Source: Pavona decussata (lineage: Eukaryota). Taken from it: 64,000 nucleotides of DNA. Positions within the stretch are counted from its first letter, which is position 1; each line of letters begins with the position of its first letter. Both the position numbers and the translations under genes were made by a program. The DNA lies in contig CDRNST010000080.1 of assembly GCA_977016875.1 (NCBI GenBank), positions 806,001 through 870,000 of the forward strand, written 5' to 3'. Below the pieces are notes generated by a model, which was given only the letters and a program-made list of their open reading frames with translations, ran no database searches and was not told the DNA's origin. Positions 61,855 to 64,000 of the stretch are shown here, one piece after another.

Positions 61855-62328
61855 ATGGAGGCCGAGGACGCTCTCAAGGTTTTGAAATTCGCATCTACAG
61901 TCGCTACTGGAGTTATAGCTGGTGGTGCGATCTACATTAACCTTGTGGAACACCCAGCAAGGATGGAACTTGATGACGTGCAGTCGCTTCATCGCCAGTG
62001 GAGAGAGAGCTTCGACCGAGCGAAATATTTGATGGCGGGTACGTCGCTATTACCGATAGCCGGTGGAATTGCCGCATTCGCTATCGACCAGACCAAAGGA
62101 AAACCTTGGCTTATTACAGCAGGATTGTTGGCGTGTAATGTACCGTACACTGCAATAGTCATGAAGCCTCGAGTCATTGATCCTATATATGATTATGAAG
62201 TCGCTGGCAAGAAGGACCCGGGTGAAGTTAGGGATACAGTCGATGAATGGAACACTTTTCACAAGTTTCGCACTGTCGTCGATTTGTCAGCTCTAGCCTG
62301 GTGTGTCTACAACTTAGTGTACAATTGA
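61855..62328 (+). CDS. DUF1772 / anthrone-oxygenase-like four-helix membrane protein (157 aa, intronless)
   Basis: Strong Kozak context (AGCATGG). Motifs GGAIYINLVEHPAR, RQWRESFDRA, PYTAIVMKP and EWNTFHKFRT. Confidence 0.85.
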   Translation: MEAEDALKVLKFASTVATGVIAGGAIYINLVEHPARMELDDVQSLHRQWRESFDRAKYLMAGTSLLPIAGGIAAFAIDQTKGKPWLITAGLLACNVPYTAIVMKPRVIDPIYDYEVAGKKDPGEVRDTVDEWNTFHKFRTVVDLSALAWCVYNLVYN

Positions 62329-63083
62329 ACGAGAATTTCTTCAACTTTGAACGCTTTTTCACTGGGAAAATTGCTCGCGTCGGATACGTAGGGTGTTGTC
62401 GTGATTCTCGTGATACTGGTTAAATATCTCTTCCAATTTATTTCGTTACTTTTCAGACACATGACAGTAGTTATAACGTCTTATTTTCGTTTTTTTTTTA
62501 CGCTTGGGACTTGACTGAGTATATTTTGAACTGGTGTGGTTTATTTTCGGCTTCATGCATCCTTTGTACAGCCGGTGGTTATCTCATTTGCATGTGTTGT
62601 ACAAAGAATATAGTTCAAGAATTGAAAGCAATAAAGCCTATAACACCCGACTTTTTGAGGCAGATGTTTCTCTTTAAATCTTCCAGAGCCCCGTCTTGAA
62701 CGCGTATATTTTCCACAGATATTTTGACTCAAAGTTCAGAAATTTGAAAGGAGATTTCGAATAATTATTGAATGATTGCATGGCGCGCCCAGATATCATA
62801 TGATTTATCCATATCCTGTCTAGAGTTATCCCTGAATTGAATAATTTAGACGTTCAAATATTTTATGGTATTGTTTTTGTAAACAAAATGACAACGAAAC
62901 CGAGGAGCGTCAACATCTACGATTAGCATTTCAGGCGTACGGCTGCGACAGTGTGAAGGTGACTAACAAGCGGAGAAACGCATATTTTTCAGAGCCGATG
63001 TAAAAGTTCCCTTTTCAATTTGTTCTCTATGTTCTGTGATCAAAATAAACTCTACTAAACTAAAAATTATATATGTATGCTTA

Positions 63084-63150
63084 CGTGTAATAAAGTGGCT
63101 AAAGCCGTTAAACAGAGCTCAATACACTTTTTAAGTGTAGAGCTTTGAAT

Positions 63151-63198
<48 letters not shown>

Positions 63199-63249
63199 GC
63201 TCACGCACTCATCAGACAGTATTTTCTGAATGATGAGTGCGTGAGCACA

Positions 63250-63285
<36 letters not shown>

Positions 63286-63296
63286 CTTCTTATTCT
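63084..63296. mobile_element. Penelope-type insertion with inverted hammerhead-bearing arms and a 14-bp TSD
   Basis: TATATGTATGCTTA at 63070-63083 and 63297-63310. Inverted arms 63147-63214 and 63231-63295. Confidence 0.7.
63184..63221 (-). ncRNA. Minimal type I hammerhead ribozyme motif with an intact core
   Basis: The minus strand reads TACTGT-CTGATGA-GTGC-GTGA-GCAC-GAAA-CTC-GGAGTA: both core boxes intact, GNRA-capped stem II, CUC site, imperfect stem I and essentially no stem III. Confidence 0.65.
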
Positions 63297-64000
63297 TATA
63301 TGTATGCTTATGAATCTTATCCACACTCCTGTGTGACTTGCTTGAGTGTATTCGAGGTTGTTAATTGTACCGGCTGACTTTCATGAGTGAACCAGTGATG
63401 ATGATGATGATGATGTCATGAGTTCCCAGATCCTCTGTTCGCGTGTCACAAAATTGCCCTATTAAATTAAATGACCAACCGGGCCCGACCAACCGTATAT
63501 ATTTCTGGTCCTGGGCGAAATGTTCGAGTTATTGTACACTAAAGATGTGACTCTCGTTTAAGAAGAAATCGTTCAGTGCCAGTGCACTTCCGTTTTAGAC
63601 TACTCTACTTCTACCGTGATACACCTGCCATACGGTCCGCGCGTCTGAAATTTAAATCAACCAATCAGATTTCAGCAACGGGTCAAAACTGAGTTTTCAT
63701 ACGTCATTGATATCTGCGCTCTGTGATTGGTTGTGCCAAGCAAGAGAAATTACATGAAGTGGTTATTGAAAGCGCAAGAAAAATATTTAGCATGGCCTGC
63801 AGTGTGGTTTTCTGTTTCGTCCTTTTGATTTTATCGAGTTCACGACGTAGCACGGCGACTATAAGTATTGATCGATTTACTGTGTCGTTTTGTTTTCGGT
63901 TGAATGACCAGTATATAGTGATCTTCGCCGCGTGAGGTTCACAGTGAAGACTCCGACCCTTTGGCCGACTGGACTCGTCGTACAATTTATGGACAGCTTT

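Overview
Eukaryotic, AT-rich animal genomic DNA, most likely a stony coral or other anthozoan (inferred from the repeat families and gene sequences, not proven). It has one 144-N gap. Genes: two convergent FAM167-family genes with single-exon CDSs (5.6-7.1 kb +, 18.2-19.8 kb -) separated by a recent ~2.1-kb inverted duplication; a 6-coding-exon LRRC74-like LRR/EF-hand gene (-); two divergent, intronless microproteins made of little more than a PKA RIIa-type dimerisation/docking (D/D) domain and sharing a C-terminal EWNGQV; 7-exon RPL4 (-) with a TOP/TCT start; and two divergent DUF1772 membrane-protein genes. Mobile DNA: a complete 6.3-kb hAT element with perfect 16-bp TIRs and a 5-bp TSD, whose transposase is fused to a Vertnin-like OTU protease domain and carries one nonsense mutation; tRNA-derived SINEs; TTAA-type and other MITEs; and Penelope-like remnants with minimal hammerhead ribozyme motifs. 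The best candidates for undescribed biology are the D/D-only microprotein pair and the OTU-transposase fusion. All family assignments come from motif recognition by eye; no searches were run.
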